Assembly (NCBI GenBank): GCA_045532185.1
Contig: JAZSFL010000011.1
Span: 15,178 to 79,177, forward strand
DNA length: 64,000 nt
Source of the DNA: Ruminiclostridium sp.
GTDB lineage: Bacteria; Bacillota; Clostridia; Oscillospirales; Ruminococcaceae
Direction of reading: 5' to 3'
Part shown: positions 31,162 to 41,268 of the stretch, in pieces
Layout: every line of letters begins with the position of its first letter
Numbering within the stretch: position 1 is the first letter of the stretch
Program-made: the position numbers and the translations under genes
Notes under the pieces: generated by a model
The model's database searches: none
The model's input: the letters and a program-made list of their open reading frames with translations, nothing else
What the model was told of the DNA's origin: nothing

Positions 31162-34100
31162 CGCTTGTCACCGTAATTGTTTTTCGTCCGCTTGTGCCCC
31201 ATGTGCCGTCATAACGCTGTGCAACCGCGCTTTCCACTACATATTCACCCTCGGTCACGATACGGAAATAGTATGTCACAGTGCTTCCGAGACCGGTCCG
31301 GAGAGTTACCTTCTGTCCTGAGCGGATGCCATCGCTGTTAAGTTCAACATATCTGCCGCAGGAAGGGATTACATCGTCGATTGTGCAGAAGGAACGTGCG
31401 GTAATAGTAACCTTTACAAGTCCGCCGGGTGAGAAATCGCCGCTCACTGTCTTTGTTACCTTTAAGGATTCATCTCCCTGAATTTCATCGGGTCTGCCCA
31501 CATAGTCAACGGAGGTGTAAATTTCTCCTGAAACAACCATGAAATCCGCGTTATTCCACTGCTCCTCGCCGAACTGCATATAGAATCTTCTGTGGCGGTC
31601 AAGGGTGATTGTCTGTGTTTCGCCGTTAAGAGTGAAGCTGAATACAGCCTCTCCGCCTGAACGGGGAACGAAATTCTTTATGTAGATTATCATTTCGGGA
31701 GCATAGCTTTCGTACTGAGCTTCATATCTCAGGTGAGAAAGGCCCTTTGCGAAATAATCCGCCTCGGGAAGCTTCAGAAGTGATGCCGCCATAAGTGCTG
31801 TCTTTGTATATTCGGCGCGCTGAGTTTCATCGGGGCAGTTCACATAAGCGCAGGTTTTTTCATCATTGCCGTAAACCGCAACCTCGGGCACGCATTTTTC
31901 ATAAATGCTGTAGGCTGTATTATAATCGCCCAGAATTGCCAGAGCGGAAACCAGGTACATCTGCTGATAGTAGTCGGTAATCTGACCGCTTTCTGCAAGG
32001 CTTCTGACTTCCCCCAGGACAGGCTCACCCAGCCCCGCAAGACCCAGATATGCTTCGCAGACATCAGCTTTTGAAGAACTGCGTTCGGATACAATATCCT
32101 CAAGAAGCGGTACAATCGTACCCTTGTCGATAATTTCAGGAACTGCCGCACAGAGCATTACCGTGAGGGTCAGGTCTCTTTCTGCCGCAGGAAGCGGTTT
32201 TGCAAGACCTTCCATTGTCTCGTGGAGGAAGTAATCCCTGAATTCTTCCTCTGTAATGTAGCCAAGCTCCATATCCGCAAAGGAATTGCCCACTCTTGTT
32301 GCAAGATTCTTGCCGCCCATGTAGGAGAAACGGCGGAGAACACTTGTGATATGCATATACTCCTTGTTGACAAAGCTTACGTTTACGGGCCAGCTTACGG
32401 GGTTAATATCAAAATTGTCCTCTAAATCCCCTGTGTTGTATATGTCTGTCTGTAAAATAGTGTCGGTAACGGTGAGAGGAAGCTGGATTGCATCCTTATA
32501 TCCGTTGTTCTCTGTTTCAAAGGTTACAAGGTAGTCACCTTTAGGAAGCTTTCCGAAATTGGCGGTATGTGCAGAGAGTACGGACACGGATTTTTTTACA
32601 TCTCCGCCCTCGATCGTGACAGCAATCGGATCGTCGGGGTCAATACCATGCGCCTTTGCGGTTACGGCAATATCATCACCCTCCATGAAGGTGGAAAGCA
32701 TAATCGGAGTAATGAAAACAGGGCGGGTTGAAATAATGGGATGCTTTAAGTCGCCCGCAAGCACTCTGCCTGTTTCGTAGGTTCTGAGGGACTGGATTGT
32801 AGCACGCCATGTTGTCAAGTTATCAGGAAGCTTGAACACAAATTCGGCGTTTCCGTTACTGTCGGTGGTAAGAGAGCCGAAATATGCGTTATCCCTGAAG
32901 TCCTTACGGAGAGCTGAAGGCTCGCCTCCGCCCATTTCTCCCAGACTCTCGCTGTCAAGCACGTGCTGGATATAGCTGTAATATGCCTGTGCAGCAGGAT
33001 ACCATACGGTTTCATAGATGTCGCCCAGGATGTCAACAAACTGGTCGCCTGCCGCGAATGCCGCCTCGTCAACCACGCTGAGCATTACGGTAGCACCGCT
33101 TACAGGGTTGCCTTCCTGATCCTTTGCGTTTACGGTCATATATACCGTTTCCCCTGCGTCATAGGTTTCGTCGTCAGTGGTTACACTGAGGGTGATATTA
33201 CGCTCCTCAGGCTCGAAATAAAGATAACGATAGCTTACAGGATAGACATGACGTCCGTCAAAGTATGCGCCCTGGGTTATACAGTTGGGCAGGCAGTCGA
33301 GAGAGGGGGAATAACCGAAACTAGTGCCGTTATATACGCCGTAGTCGATGAAATCGTCCTGATAAGCGGCAAATAAAACTCTGCCTTTGTCTTCAAACTC
33401 ATGGTTGCAGGCAAGCTTTACGGTAAGTGTCTCGTTTTCGTGGAAATAGCTTGTATCATTGCCCTTTGCGTCCTCAAAGCTGAGGCTGTAGCGGTAGCGT
33501 TTGGCTTCGTTGTTATACTGCCATGAGTCGTCATAGTTTCCGAAGGAGGTATGCTGGCTTACAGCCTGACCGAGACTGTCCTTATAGGAAATATCAACGC
33601 TGTAATGACCCTTTTCGGAGGTGGTGGGGAGATTTTCAAACACACCCACGCCGTTTACGGTATTTACGGTATAAGTGCCGATATAATCCTGGTGGTAATT
33701 ATAACTGTAGGTTTTTCTGGTTTCCTTTTCGATAAAGTCATAGTAAGTGCCTGATTCAATTCTTTCGTGCCAGTAGTGGGTTATTTTAATAGTGACTTCA
33801 GTGTCATAGGCATTGCCCTTTAAAATATCATAGGTTCCGTTCTTGTAGTAGTAATCGCTCTTGTCCTGCGCCATATACTCGGGAATTTTATCGAAATTAA
33901 TCTTATTTGTGTATACGGTGAAGTTATGGGTGTCCTTGTCATACTCCTCTTCCAGCATTACATCGCGGAAGAAAGCAAGGAAATGCTCGTACTCGTAGCT
34001 ATACTCGTTTTCAATGCCCGAAAGCTGGAGGTTGTGCCATTGATAATAGGGGTACCAGCTGTCATAATCGCCGAACAGAAGTTCTGCGGAAGCGTAGCCG

Positions 34101-36013
34101 TTTACGTCTGTCCTGATGACATCGGGCTCGGATTTTTTCGCCGAGGAGTCAAAAAGCAGGTCCTTTGCGGGAGTTCCCTCATAATAGGAAGCGGTAACAT
34201 CCATATGTACGGGGTTGCGGTGAGGCATTACCGCGTACTGAGGCAATGTCACATCAAAGACGTATGTGGGCTTTACGTATTCGTCAATTCTGACGGTTTT
34301 CTCGTCCATGACCTCGTCGCCTGTCATAAGCATCAGTCTCAGACCCCAGGTTTCCGAGTAATCGGTGAATGTGAACTCGGAGAAGAATGTACCGTCGGAG
34401 TCGAGAGTGATTTCCTTTGACTGACCGCCTGTCTCACTGCCGAGAACCAGCTTTAAATTGGCAGGAACAGGTGCGTCATCACGTCTGGGAGAGATTACAC
34501 CCCACACCTGAATTGTATCACTAGGTAGATATGTCTCCCTGTCGGTGTAGATATACATATAGTACAGGTCGTCAAAGCTCAGTTCCGTTGAATACGCGGT
34601 TTCAAAGGCGTCGATATAACGCATACCGCCGTAGGTGATGTCAAGGATACCTCTGCTGTCAGGGTCGGTAGTCAGATTGACTGTACCGCGGGAATCTGTG
34701 GTGCCTGTAAAGGTGTGTGAATCTGTTGTGAAGGCGACTTTTGCGCCTGAAGCGGCATTACCCGTAACAGTATCATTGATAAAGAACAGATTTTCCTCGC
34801 CCAGAAGCATGGAGTAGACGGAAAGCGGAGAAACCTGGATCAGATACTGACATCTCAGCTCGCCCACGGACATATCCGCGATATAATAACCGTTTACAAG
34901 GTCGTCGGGCAGTAAGAAATAACAGGGCTTCCATTCGTTGAAGCCTTCAAGGGGCTTCTGCTTTTCGCTGAACACCTGTTCCAGCGCGGAAACATCGGTG
35001 TAGTACTTTACATTCTTTTTCTTGCTTGTATGTGCCTTCAGCTCAGAAATATATTCGTCTGCCGAAGAAAAGCTGTAAAGGGAGACGTCAAATTCACGTG
35101 ATTTGAGAGTTTTTGAGCAGTATATTTCGATAACTGCAGGGTCGCCCTCAAGGAAGGTTTCGGAAAGTCCGTAATTTGTGTAGAAATAATCCTTGCTTTC
35201 CACCTGTGCGGTGACAAAGGAGAAGCTGTAGCTTTCCGCAAGGGCCTGACCGTCCTCTGAGGGAAGCCTCTCTTTTAGTGTTACAGTATATTCCGTCCCC
35301 TGTTCCAGCCCCTCGGTGGGAATAATATAAAGGGTGTTGCGGTGAAACTGAGTAGTATATTCAACTGCGGGGGAAATCTCCACATAACGGGCCGCGTCAG
35401 CTGACGGGACAGTACTGAATTCAATCTCGATACCTGCGTTTGAATATACCGATTCGGCATCGTCTGCAGGATAGGTGGATTTGATTTTAAAGGGTTCGGT
35501 GGTCTGGAATGCCCAGCTGTCACAGGGGTTGCCGTTTTCGTCGGCTACCTCCACCCTGACAACAGTACCTTCAGGCAGTTCTTCCTCCGTGGAGAGGATA
35601 CAGCTGTTGTCGTTTTCTCTGGTTATAATGAAATCCGCTTCGGGATAGGTGGTTACGCGTTCTCTGAGCTGTTCATCGGAGACCCCGTCTGCAAGAATAA
35701 GCCTGAAGGATGTATTCTGTGCCACGCAGCTGCCTTTGAGCTGTGTTGCCACAACGTCGGTTACAAGTCCGTTTTCCGCTTTTACGCGTTCAGGAAGAAG
35801 TGTAACCGCTTCTTTTTCAATTTCAGGCTCCGCGGTGGTGGTAGTCTGCTGTGTGGGCAGGTTTTCAGGCGGAGTTGTGCTGGTTTCTGCGGGCATGGTA
35901 CGTTCGTCGTCCGTGGGTGTTCCCCAGTTGTCGTAATCACAGCCTGAAAGAGCTGTCACAAGCATGCTTACCGACAAAAAAGCGGATAGTAGTTTCTTTG
36001 TTGAATGTCTCAT
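31148..36013 (-). CDS. Bacterial alpha-2-macroglobulin-like lipoprotein with Ig-like domains
   Basis: Lipobox LSGC; YIYTDRETYLP, IDEYVKP, SVVDEA, LRKDFRDNAYF..FKLPDNLTTWRA motifs; no CxEQ thioester seen. Confidence 0.8.
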   Translation of the reverse strand: MRHSTKKLLSAFLSVSMLVTALSGCDYDNWGTPTDDERTMPAETSTTPPENLPTQQTTTTAEPEIEKEAVTLLPERVKAENGLVTDVVATQLKGSCVAQNTSFRLILADGVSDEQLRERVTTYPEADFIITRENDNSCILSTEEELPEGTVVRVEVADENGNPCDSWAFQTTEPFKIKSTYPADDAESVYSNAGIEIEFSTVPSADAARYVEISPAVEYTTQFHRNTLYIIPTEGLEQGTEYTVTLKERLPSEDGQALAESYSFSFVTAQVESKDYFYTNYGLSETFLEGDPAVIEIYCSKTLKSREFDVSLYSFSSADEYISELKAHTSKKKNVKYYTDVSALEQVFSEKQKPLEGFNEWKPCYFLLPDDLVNGYYIADMSVGELRCQYLIQVSPLSVYSMLLGEENLFFINDTVTGNAASGAKVAFTTDSHTFTGTTDSRGTVNLTTDPDSRGILDITYGGMRYIDAFETAYSTELSFDDLYYMYIYTDRETYLPSDTIQVWGVISPRRDDAPVPANLKLVLGSETGGQSKEITLDSDGTFFSEFTFTDYSETWGLRLMLMTGDEVMDEKTVRIDEYVKPTYVFDVTLPQYAVMPHRNPVHMDVTASYYEGTPAKDLLFDSSAKKSEPDVIRTDVNGYASAELLFGDYDSWYPYYQWHNLQLSGIENEYSYEYEHFLAFFRDVMLEEEYDKDTHNFTVYTNKINFDKIPEYMAQDKSDYYYKNGTYDILKGNAYDTEVTIKITHYWHERIESGTYYDFIEKETRKTYSYNYHQDYIGTYTVNTVNGVGVFENLPTTSEKGHYSVDISYKDSLGQAVSQHTSFGNYDDSWQYNNEAKRYRYSLSFEDAKGNDTSYFHENETLTVKLACNHEFEDKGRVLFAAYQDDFIDYGVYNGTSFGYSPSLDCLPNCITQGAYFDGRHVYPVSYRYLYFEPEERNITLSVTTDDETYDAGETVYMTVNAKDQEGNPVSGATVMLSVVDEAAFAAGDQFVDILGDIYETVWYPAAQAYYSYIQHVLDSESLGEMGGGEPSALRKDFRDNAYFGSLTTDSNGNAEFVFKLPDNLTTWRATIQSLRTYETGRVLAGDLKHPIISTRPVFITPIMLSTFMEGDDIAVTAKAHGIDPDDPIAVTIEGGDVKKSVSVLSAHTANFGKLPKGDYLVTFETENNGYKDAIQLPLTVTDTILQTDIYNTGDLEDNFDINPVSWPVNVSFVNKEYMHITSVLRRFSYMGGKNLATRVGNSFADMELGYITEEEFRDYFLHETMEGLAKPLPAAERDLTLTVMLCAAVPEIIDKGTIVPLLEDIVSERSSSKADVCEAYLGLAGLGEPVLGEVRSLAESGQITDYYQQMYLVSALAILGDYNTAYSIYEKCVPEVAVYGNDEKTCAYVNCPDETQRAEYTKTALMAASLLKLPEADYFAKGLSHLRYEAQYESYAPEMIIYIKNFVPRSGGEAVFSFTLNGETQTITLDRHRRFYMQFGEEQWNNADFMVVSGEIYTSVDYVGRPDEIQGDESLKVTKTVSGDFSPGGLVKVTITARSFCTIDDVIPSCGRYVELNSDGIRSGQKVTLRTGLGSTVTYYFRIVTEGEYVVESAVAQRYDGTWGTSGRKTITVTSDETV

Positions 36014-36065
36014 TATGATTCCCCCGTGATGTTATATATTAACAGATTTTTCTGTCTGTAATTTT

Positions 36066-36143
36066 ATTTTAACATGGTTTTTTTCAAAGTCAATATTTCA
36101 AATATTACAATGTGATTACAAAATTATTACAATTTGGTTACAA
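36066..36143 (-). promoter_or_regulatory. Promoter plus four TTACAA boxes at 11-bp period upstream of the A2M operon
   Basis: TTACAA at 36105, 36116, 36127 and 36138; minus-strand TTGACT-N16-(TGn)TAAAAT just downstream. Confidence 0.6.
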
Positions 36144-36287
36144 GCGAAACGCCTGACCAGGTAACCGCCTTTTAAGTTCTTTGCATGAATTTCACAGAAG
36201 TAAAACGGCGGTGGATGGAAGAGGCGAAAAGCACAGATGTCTTTCAGCACTCATAAAAAAGACGGACTATATAAGTCCGCCTTTTTG

Positions 36288-36665
36288 TTATTCACATGTA
36301 ATTTCTATCGCTTTTCTGGCGTCTTCTCCCTTATCGCCGCCCTGGGCATGGATTTCCACGAAGATAGTTCCCTCACCCTCGGTTACAACAAAGGAATTGC
36401 TGTCCTCGGACATGGTTATTCCTTCCTCGCTTCCGTCTTCCCACCATGCTCCGACAATTCTTGTGCCCAGACTTTTTTCTATAAGGGCTATATCGTCGTA
36501 TGTCACTACCTGCCCGTGGGTGATTATAACATCCTCATAGGGCGTAATGCGTGGCGTGGCCGCCATATAGATTTGCAGATTAATAAACAATGACCCTGTT
36601 ATAAAAACGGCAAGTATCAGAAGAAATAAACCCACAACTCTCAGAATGCTGAAACGTTTTTTCAT
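36288..36665 (-). CDS. Hypothetical membrane-anchored protein
   Basis: N-terminal TM, GAGG RBS, last gene of the DUF2975 cluster. Confidence 0.65.
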   Translation of the reverse strand: MKKRFSILRVVGLFLLILAVFITGSLFINLQIYMAATPRITPYEDVIITHGQVVTYDDIALIEKSLGTRIVGAWWEDGSEEGITMSEDSNSFVVTEGEGTIFVEIHAQGGDKGEDARKAIEITCE

Positions 36666-36685
36666 AATAACCTCTACTTTTTGAA

Positions 36686-38200
36686 TTATCTTAAGCTGCC
36701 TGGGATACTGAAATATGCGAAGCTGTCATATTCTGCGTTTTCTTCGATTATAAGCTGGTATACCCATTCTGCGCTTTTTTCTTCCCACCAGAAATTGCCT
36801 GTTACATTGTCATCGAGCAGACGTTCGATGTGCTTCAGTGCAGGTGTGCCTAAATCTCTGAGCACTCCGAAATCTATGGTCTCAAGCTTTCCTGTCTCAT
36901 AGGCGGTAACGTTGTAGTCCGCAATCATACCGTCGATATTGCCGAAGCAGAGAATGCCCATCATGACTGCGAATGCGGCAAAGGCTGTTTTCCAGAACTT
37001 TATATTCACAAACTGGGAAATTATAATCAGCACGAAAATTATTGCCAGCAGAATCATGAACCACGATGTGTATATTCTGAGAGGCGTCATACCCATTTCG
37101 TTTATATAAAGCACCATTTTGCTTATTGCCGAGGCAATAAGGAACAGGGTGAAAACGGAAATTGCCGTGGTGTAGGCTTTAAGGGGCGCTGTGCGGCTAT
37201 CGTTTTCACCGCGCTTCATAAAGCACTGCAGAACAATGATGACCCCCAGATTGATTACAGCAATAACGCAAAGTTCAAAGAAGCCCTGTCTTGCGTAGGA
37301 GGAATAGCTTGTGCCATCGGGAAGAACCCCCGTGAATGCGGCGGTAAAATATCTGAACTGCATCGCTATGTAAATGATATAGAAAAAGCAGATGGGTGTT
37401 ACCGCAGTATATCCTAAGGCGCCGGGTATTGCGCGAAGCCTTGATGATTCGGTATAACGGGGTGAAACAGGTTCAGCGGCGGAGGATAATGCTCCGAAAA
37501 GGTACATCCATACAATAAATGCAAAAGCAAACTCGACAATATAAATCATATCGAATTCAGGAAGACTGCTGAACCAGCCTCCGACAAACTCGTTAAAGCC
37601 GTCATCGCTGTAAGAAAGCAGAATAAGCACTATCAGTGTAAGGGGCAATGCGGCAACAAGACCCAGAACCGCAAGACCTACATTTTTTCCTGCCTTTTTG
37701 TTTTTGAGAAGCTGCCCTGCGGCGCGGGGACCGTCACCGTAGCAGGAAAAGGGCTGTGTTAAAACGGCTCTGAACAGGTCCTGGACAAAATGCTCTCCGA
37801 AGGGTTCAACTCCGCTGAGGGTGATACACAGATAGAAGTAAAGCAGAAAAGTGAAAACAGCCGCAAGGAAGTTTATAAAGCTGTTTGCGCAGAAAAGGGG
37901 TGTAAAGCAGAATATTACCGCAACTGCAAAGATTATAATCTGAGAGCGCTTTACGGGGATTTTCTTAAGCTTTACAAATGCCGCACCTGTAATTCCAAAA
38001 AGCAGCCACATGATTCCGCCCCAGAGACCGCCTGCATATTCGCAGACAAAGTGGGTGAAAGTGAATCCCAGCACGAAGCAGATAATGCTTATAACTGCGT
38101 CAACAGCAGTAAATTCCCGTTTACAAACCTGCCGTGCGGGCGGTGTATCAGCCGCAGGCTGATTATAGAGCATATTCTGTGCTATATTTATGTTCTCCAT
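36686..38200 (-). CDS. DUF4153/DUF4173 family polytopic membrane protein
   Basis: YSSYARQGFFELC..INL, SAISKMVLYI..GMTPLRIY motifs. Confidence 0.8.
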   Translation of the reverse strand: MENINIAQNMLYNQPAADTPPARQVCKREFTAVDAVISIICFVLGFTFTHFVCEYAGGLWGGIMWLLFGITGAAFVKLKKIPVKRSQIIIFAVAVIFCFTPLFCANSFINFLAAVFTFLLYFYLCITLSGVEPFGEHFVQDLFRAVLTQPFSCYGDGPRAAGQLLKNKKAGKNVGLAVLGLVAALPLTLIVLILLSYSDDGFNEFVGGWFSSLPEFDMIYIVEFAFAFIVWMYLFGALSSAAEPVSPRYTESSRLRAIPGALGYTAVTPICFFYIIYIAMQFRYFTAAFTGVLPDGTSYSSYARQGFFELCVIAVINLGVIIVLQCFMKRGENDSRTAPLKAYTTAISVFTLFLIASAISKMVLYINEMGMTPLRIYTSWFMILLAIIFVLIIISQFVNIKFWKTAFAAFAVMMGILCFGNIDGMIADYNVTAYETGKLETIDFGVLRDLGTPALKHIERLLDDNVTGNFWWEEKSAEWVYQLIIEENAEYDSFAYFSIPGSLR

Positions 38201-38221
38201 ATCATAATTTCCTCTCTGTAT

Positions 38222-38443
38222 TTATTCGCAGGGTGTGCCGTTCGGGTCAAATTCAAGAATATCCCCCGGCTGACATTCCAGTACCTCGCAGATTTTTTCC
38301 AGGGTTGAAAAACGGATTGCCTTGGCTTTGCCCGTTTTCAGAACTGAAAGATTTGCGGCGGTGATACCGATTTTTTCGGCAAGCTCATTGGACGAAATCT
38401 TGCGTTTTGCCATCATTACATCAAGATTGATTACTATTTTCAT
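38222..38443 (-). CDS. XRE-family HTH regulator (YozG-like)
   Basis: MKIVINLDVMMAKRK..LAEKIGITAANLSVLKTGKAKAIRFSTL..CQPGDILE. Confidence 0.9.
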   Translation of the reverse strand: MKIVINLDVMMAKRKISSNELAEKIGITAANLSVLKTGKAKAIRFSTLEKICEVLECQPGDILEFDPNGTPCE

Positions 38444-38453
38444 GCCGCACCTC

Positions 38454-38903
38454 TCATATTGTAAAGTCGTTTTCCTCGCGGATTGCAACCGCATGTTCGA
38501 AAACATTCTTTATAACCCTCAGGATAAGGCCCATAAAAGCACAGGCAATAATCACGATAACCGCAAAGGGCTTTAATGTTGCAAAATAGACGAAAACCAG
38601 AGCTTCCACAAAGCAGCAGTAAGAAATAATCCGTAGAAGTTTTACGTTCTGATTTATAAACGGCTGACATCCTATAATATTCTTCAGCAGTTTATCGAGG
38701 CAGATAAGTGCAACTACAGCTGCGGGCACAGCACAGTAGAGGGTAATCAGCAGCGGCGCGAAAACCGACGGGTCGCCCTTTGCCATAACCATACGGTCGT
38801 AATGCTCAACCATATAAGGAGCCATTATACAGCACACTACAGCAAGAACATAGACAATTTTAATAAGTACTGAGGTAAGTATTGCAGATTCATTCTTTTT
38901 CAT
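38454..38903 (-). CDS. DUF2975 membrane protein (YoaS-like)
   Basis: PFINQNVKLLR, VFEHAVAIREENDFTI C-terminus; typical pairing with YozG-like XRE. Confidence 0.85.
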   Translation of the reverse strand: MKKNESAILTSVLIKIVYVLAVVCCIMAPYMVEHYDRMVMAKGDPSVFAPLLITLYCAVPAAVVALICLDKLLKNIIGCQPFINQNVKLLRIISYCCFVEALVFVYFATLKPFAVIVIIACAFMGLILRVIKNVFEHAVAIREENDFTI

Positions 38904-38970
38904 GGTGAAAAATTCCTTTCGGTTTGTTGTTGTTCTTATATTAGCACATGAGTTATCATTTGTCAATAGT

Positions 38971-38993
38971 TTTTTATCGAAAAACGATAAAAA
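38971..38993. promoter_or_regulatory. Palindromic operator, probably bound by the XRE regulator
   Basis: TTTTTATCG-N5-CGATAAAAA immediately upstream of a minus-strand TTGACA. Confidence 0.55.
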
Positions 38994-39156
38994 TTTACTG
39001 ATTTGCAAAAAACGGTTGCAAATCAGCATGAGATGGTATATAATTAAGGCGAGCCGCCTTTGGCGATTCCGCCGCAATGGAACAGGCATTTATTCATATC
39101 TTGTATGTGCGGCGGGGGCGGAACTGGTTTAATTGCATTATTAAGGAGGTTTTCAT

Positions 39157-39642
39157 ATGACAAATATAATTCTGGCAGGCTTTGACGGCAGAAACAATCC
39201 TGCACGTACCATAACCGAAAAGGCGGAGCTGAACTGCACAAAGCTGATATTGCCCAATGACAAGGAAAAATCCGCAGAGCTTCTCCTTGAAACAATCCGC
39301 AGGGTCAATGCCGTCTGCGTTGTCATGCTGGGACAGAAGCCCTGTATCAAAGATAAAATGGCCGTTGAACCCACAGCGGAAAGATGCGGAAATATTCTGC
39401 ATACCTCTCTTGATGTAACGGTGACGGTTGAAAAATTAAAAGCGAACGGCTGTAACGCGTATATTTCAAAGGGCTGCGGCAATTCCTTCTGCAACCATAT
39501 CTATTACGAGTGCCTGCAAAGCGGCGTTAACTGCATTTTTCTCCACATTCCGCAGATGAAGAATATCTTCGATATAAACGCACTGACAAAGGCGGTTGAG
39601 GGGTATATTAAGGAGCTTGGAAGTGTACCGAGCATGTTATGA
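39157..39642 (+). CDS. Pyroglutamyl-peptidase I-like (C15) peptidase
   Basis: ILAGF, VVMLGQ, AVE, GNSFCNHIYY (catalytic Cys), FLHIP (catalytic His). Confidence 0.8.
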   Translation: MTNIILAGFDGRNNPARTITEKAELNCTKLILPNDKEKSAELLLETIRRVNAVCVVMLGQKPCIKDKMAVEPTAERCGNILHTSLDVTVTVEKLKANGCNAYISKGCGNSFCNHIYYECLQSGVNCIFLHIPQMKNIFDINALTKAVEGYIKELGSVPSML

Positions 39643-39645
39643 TAT

Positions 39646-39676
39646 AAAAAGGGCGGCTCTAAGGCCGCCCTTTTTT
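39646..39676. terminator. Bidirectional intrinsic terminator
   Basis: AAAAAGGGCGGC-N6-GCCGCCCTTTTT. Confidence 0.85.
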
Positions 39677-40559
39677 AAATATTCTTTTCTTTTTTCACCA
39701 GTAGGATAAAGCTTATTATACCTACAATGACCGATGTACCCATCATACACGGCATTATAGTGATTGCGGAAACCGCCGATATTTTTTCAATAAACGCCTC
39801 ACTGCCGAATATTGATAAAAATATCATTCCTCCGCAGTTGTTGTTTATCATGTGGCAGAAGGAAGCAGGATAAATGGACTTTGTCTTTTCTGTGAGGAGA
39901 GTAAGAAAAGCATTCATGAAAATGCAGAATATGCACATCAGCAGAATACCCAGCCAGGGGAAAAAGTCATAATCTGTGCCGAAATTGTGGCCTGCTATTG
40001 TAAGAGGTGCATGCCACAGTCCCCAGAGAATACCGCCGACGATAATTGCCGCAGGCTTACCCATAAGCTCAGTTAATTTCGGCATCATGTAACCTCGCCA
40101 GCCCCATTCTTCACCGAAGGAAGGGAAGAAAACTATGATTGAAGCAGAAATTGTAAGAATATAGCTGCAGATGCGTGCAACTCTTTCATCGGCAGCGAAA
40201 GCTTCGGTGAAGCTTAAATCTCCTGCGAAAATCTGCCATACCATAACCGCAAAAATCAGAACCTCCGCAAGCTTTACAGCAACGGACGCTATGTAGTATT
40301 TTGCATTGCCCTTGAAATTAATACCGAGGTAAGAATTTTTAAAACCTTCCTTTGTCACAAGTCTTGTGATAAGGTGAGCAATTGACGGAATAAGCATACC
40401 GAAAACGCCTACCGCATAAGCGGCAGTCATTGCCTTTTCCGAAGCAAATATCGGCTCGCCGTAAACGCTGTTCAGAACGGGAATAATAATCCAGAAAGGG
40501 ATAAAGGCAATCAGCAGGTAGATTACAAGTCTTTTGATTGTGTCCTTTTTACTGTTCAT
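39675..40559 (-). CDS. CPBP (CAAX protease/Abi) family intramembrane metalloprotease
   Basis: GEEWGWRGY, WGLWHAP, HMINN motifs. Confidence 0.9.
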   Translation of the reverse strand: MNSKKDTIKRLVIYLLIAFIPFWIIIPVLNSVYGEPIFASEKAMTAAYAVGVFGMLIPSIAHLITRLVTKEGFKNSYLGINFKGNAKYYIASVAVKLAEVLIFAVMVWQIFAGDLSFTEAFAADERVARICSYILTISASIIVFFPSFGEEWGWRGYMMPKLTELMGKPAAIIVGGILWGLWHAPLTIAGHNFGTDYDFFPWLGILLMCIFCIFMNAFLTLLTEKTKSIYPASFCHMINNNCGGMIFLSIFGSEAFIEKISAVSAITIMPCMMGTSVIVGIISFILLVKKEKNI

Positions 40560-41268
40560 AAGCTTCTACCCCCTTCTTATAAAGCGGAACGCTTATCTTA
40601 CAGGAAACCCAGTAAAGCAGAATTGAAACCGCAGGGAAAATACTCAGAATAATCATTGCCGCATCACCTGAAAGCAATGTCATAACCGTTTCCAGTAAAT
40701 TTTCGCTTTCTAAAATGAACGAAATATCGCCGAAAAGGAAATAAATAATCCCTATTACAAACAGAACGCCCAGTGAACCGAATTTTACGCTGTTTCCCAG
40801 CGTTATCCCGAAGCGAAGATAAAAGGGATTGGCGAAAGCGGTATAAAGGATATTTCCGCAGAAGATAATCATCAGCGCCGAGCCCATGGAATACATGGTA
40901 CTGTCTGCTATAAGACATATAACCGTGTCTGTAAGAAAACAGATTACAAGGGTAGCGATATTTACAATAAGAAGCGTGTAATATTTACCCTCGACGTGTC
41001 CCTTTGCGCCCAACGGACAGGAAATATTGAAGCTGCCGATTGTACGCTTCTCATCAGCGGCAAAAAGCTGATGATCGAATATACTTACCATGAAGAACAT
41101 AGCGAAATAAATCACGGGACATATACCCATAAGCATTCCTTCCAGACTATGAGCAGGAGCGGAGGCGGTAGCGAGCAGGATTGTAATAATGCTGATCAGG
41201 TCCATAGCGCCTAAAACGATTAAGTCAAGCTTGTATGCGAGGAAGTTTTTATAAATGATACCGCTCAT
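40549..41268 (-). CDS. ABC-2 type transporter permease
   Basis: About 6 TMs; translationally coupled within the GntR-ABC operon. Confidence 0.75.
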   Translation of the reverse strand: MSGIIYKNFLAYKLDLIVLGAMDLISIITILLATASAPAHSLEGMLMGICPVIYFAMFFMVSIFDHQLFAADEKRTIGSFNISCPLGAKGHVEGKYYTLLIVNIATLVICFLTDTVICLIADSTMYSMGSALMIIFCGNILYTAFANPFYLRFGITLGNSVKFGSLGVLFVIGIIYFLFGDISFILESENLLETVMTLLSGDAAMIILSIFPAVSILLYWVSCKISVPLYKKGVEAYEQ

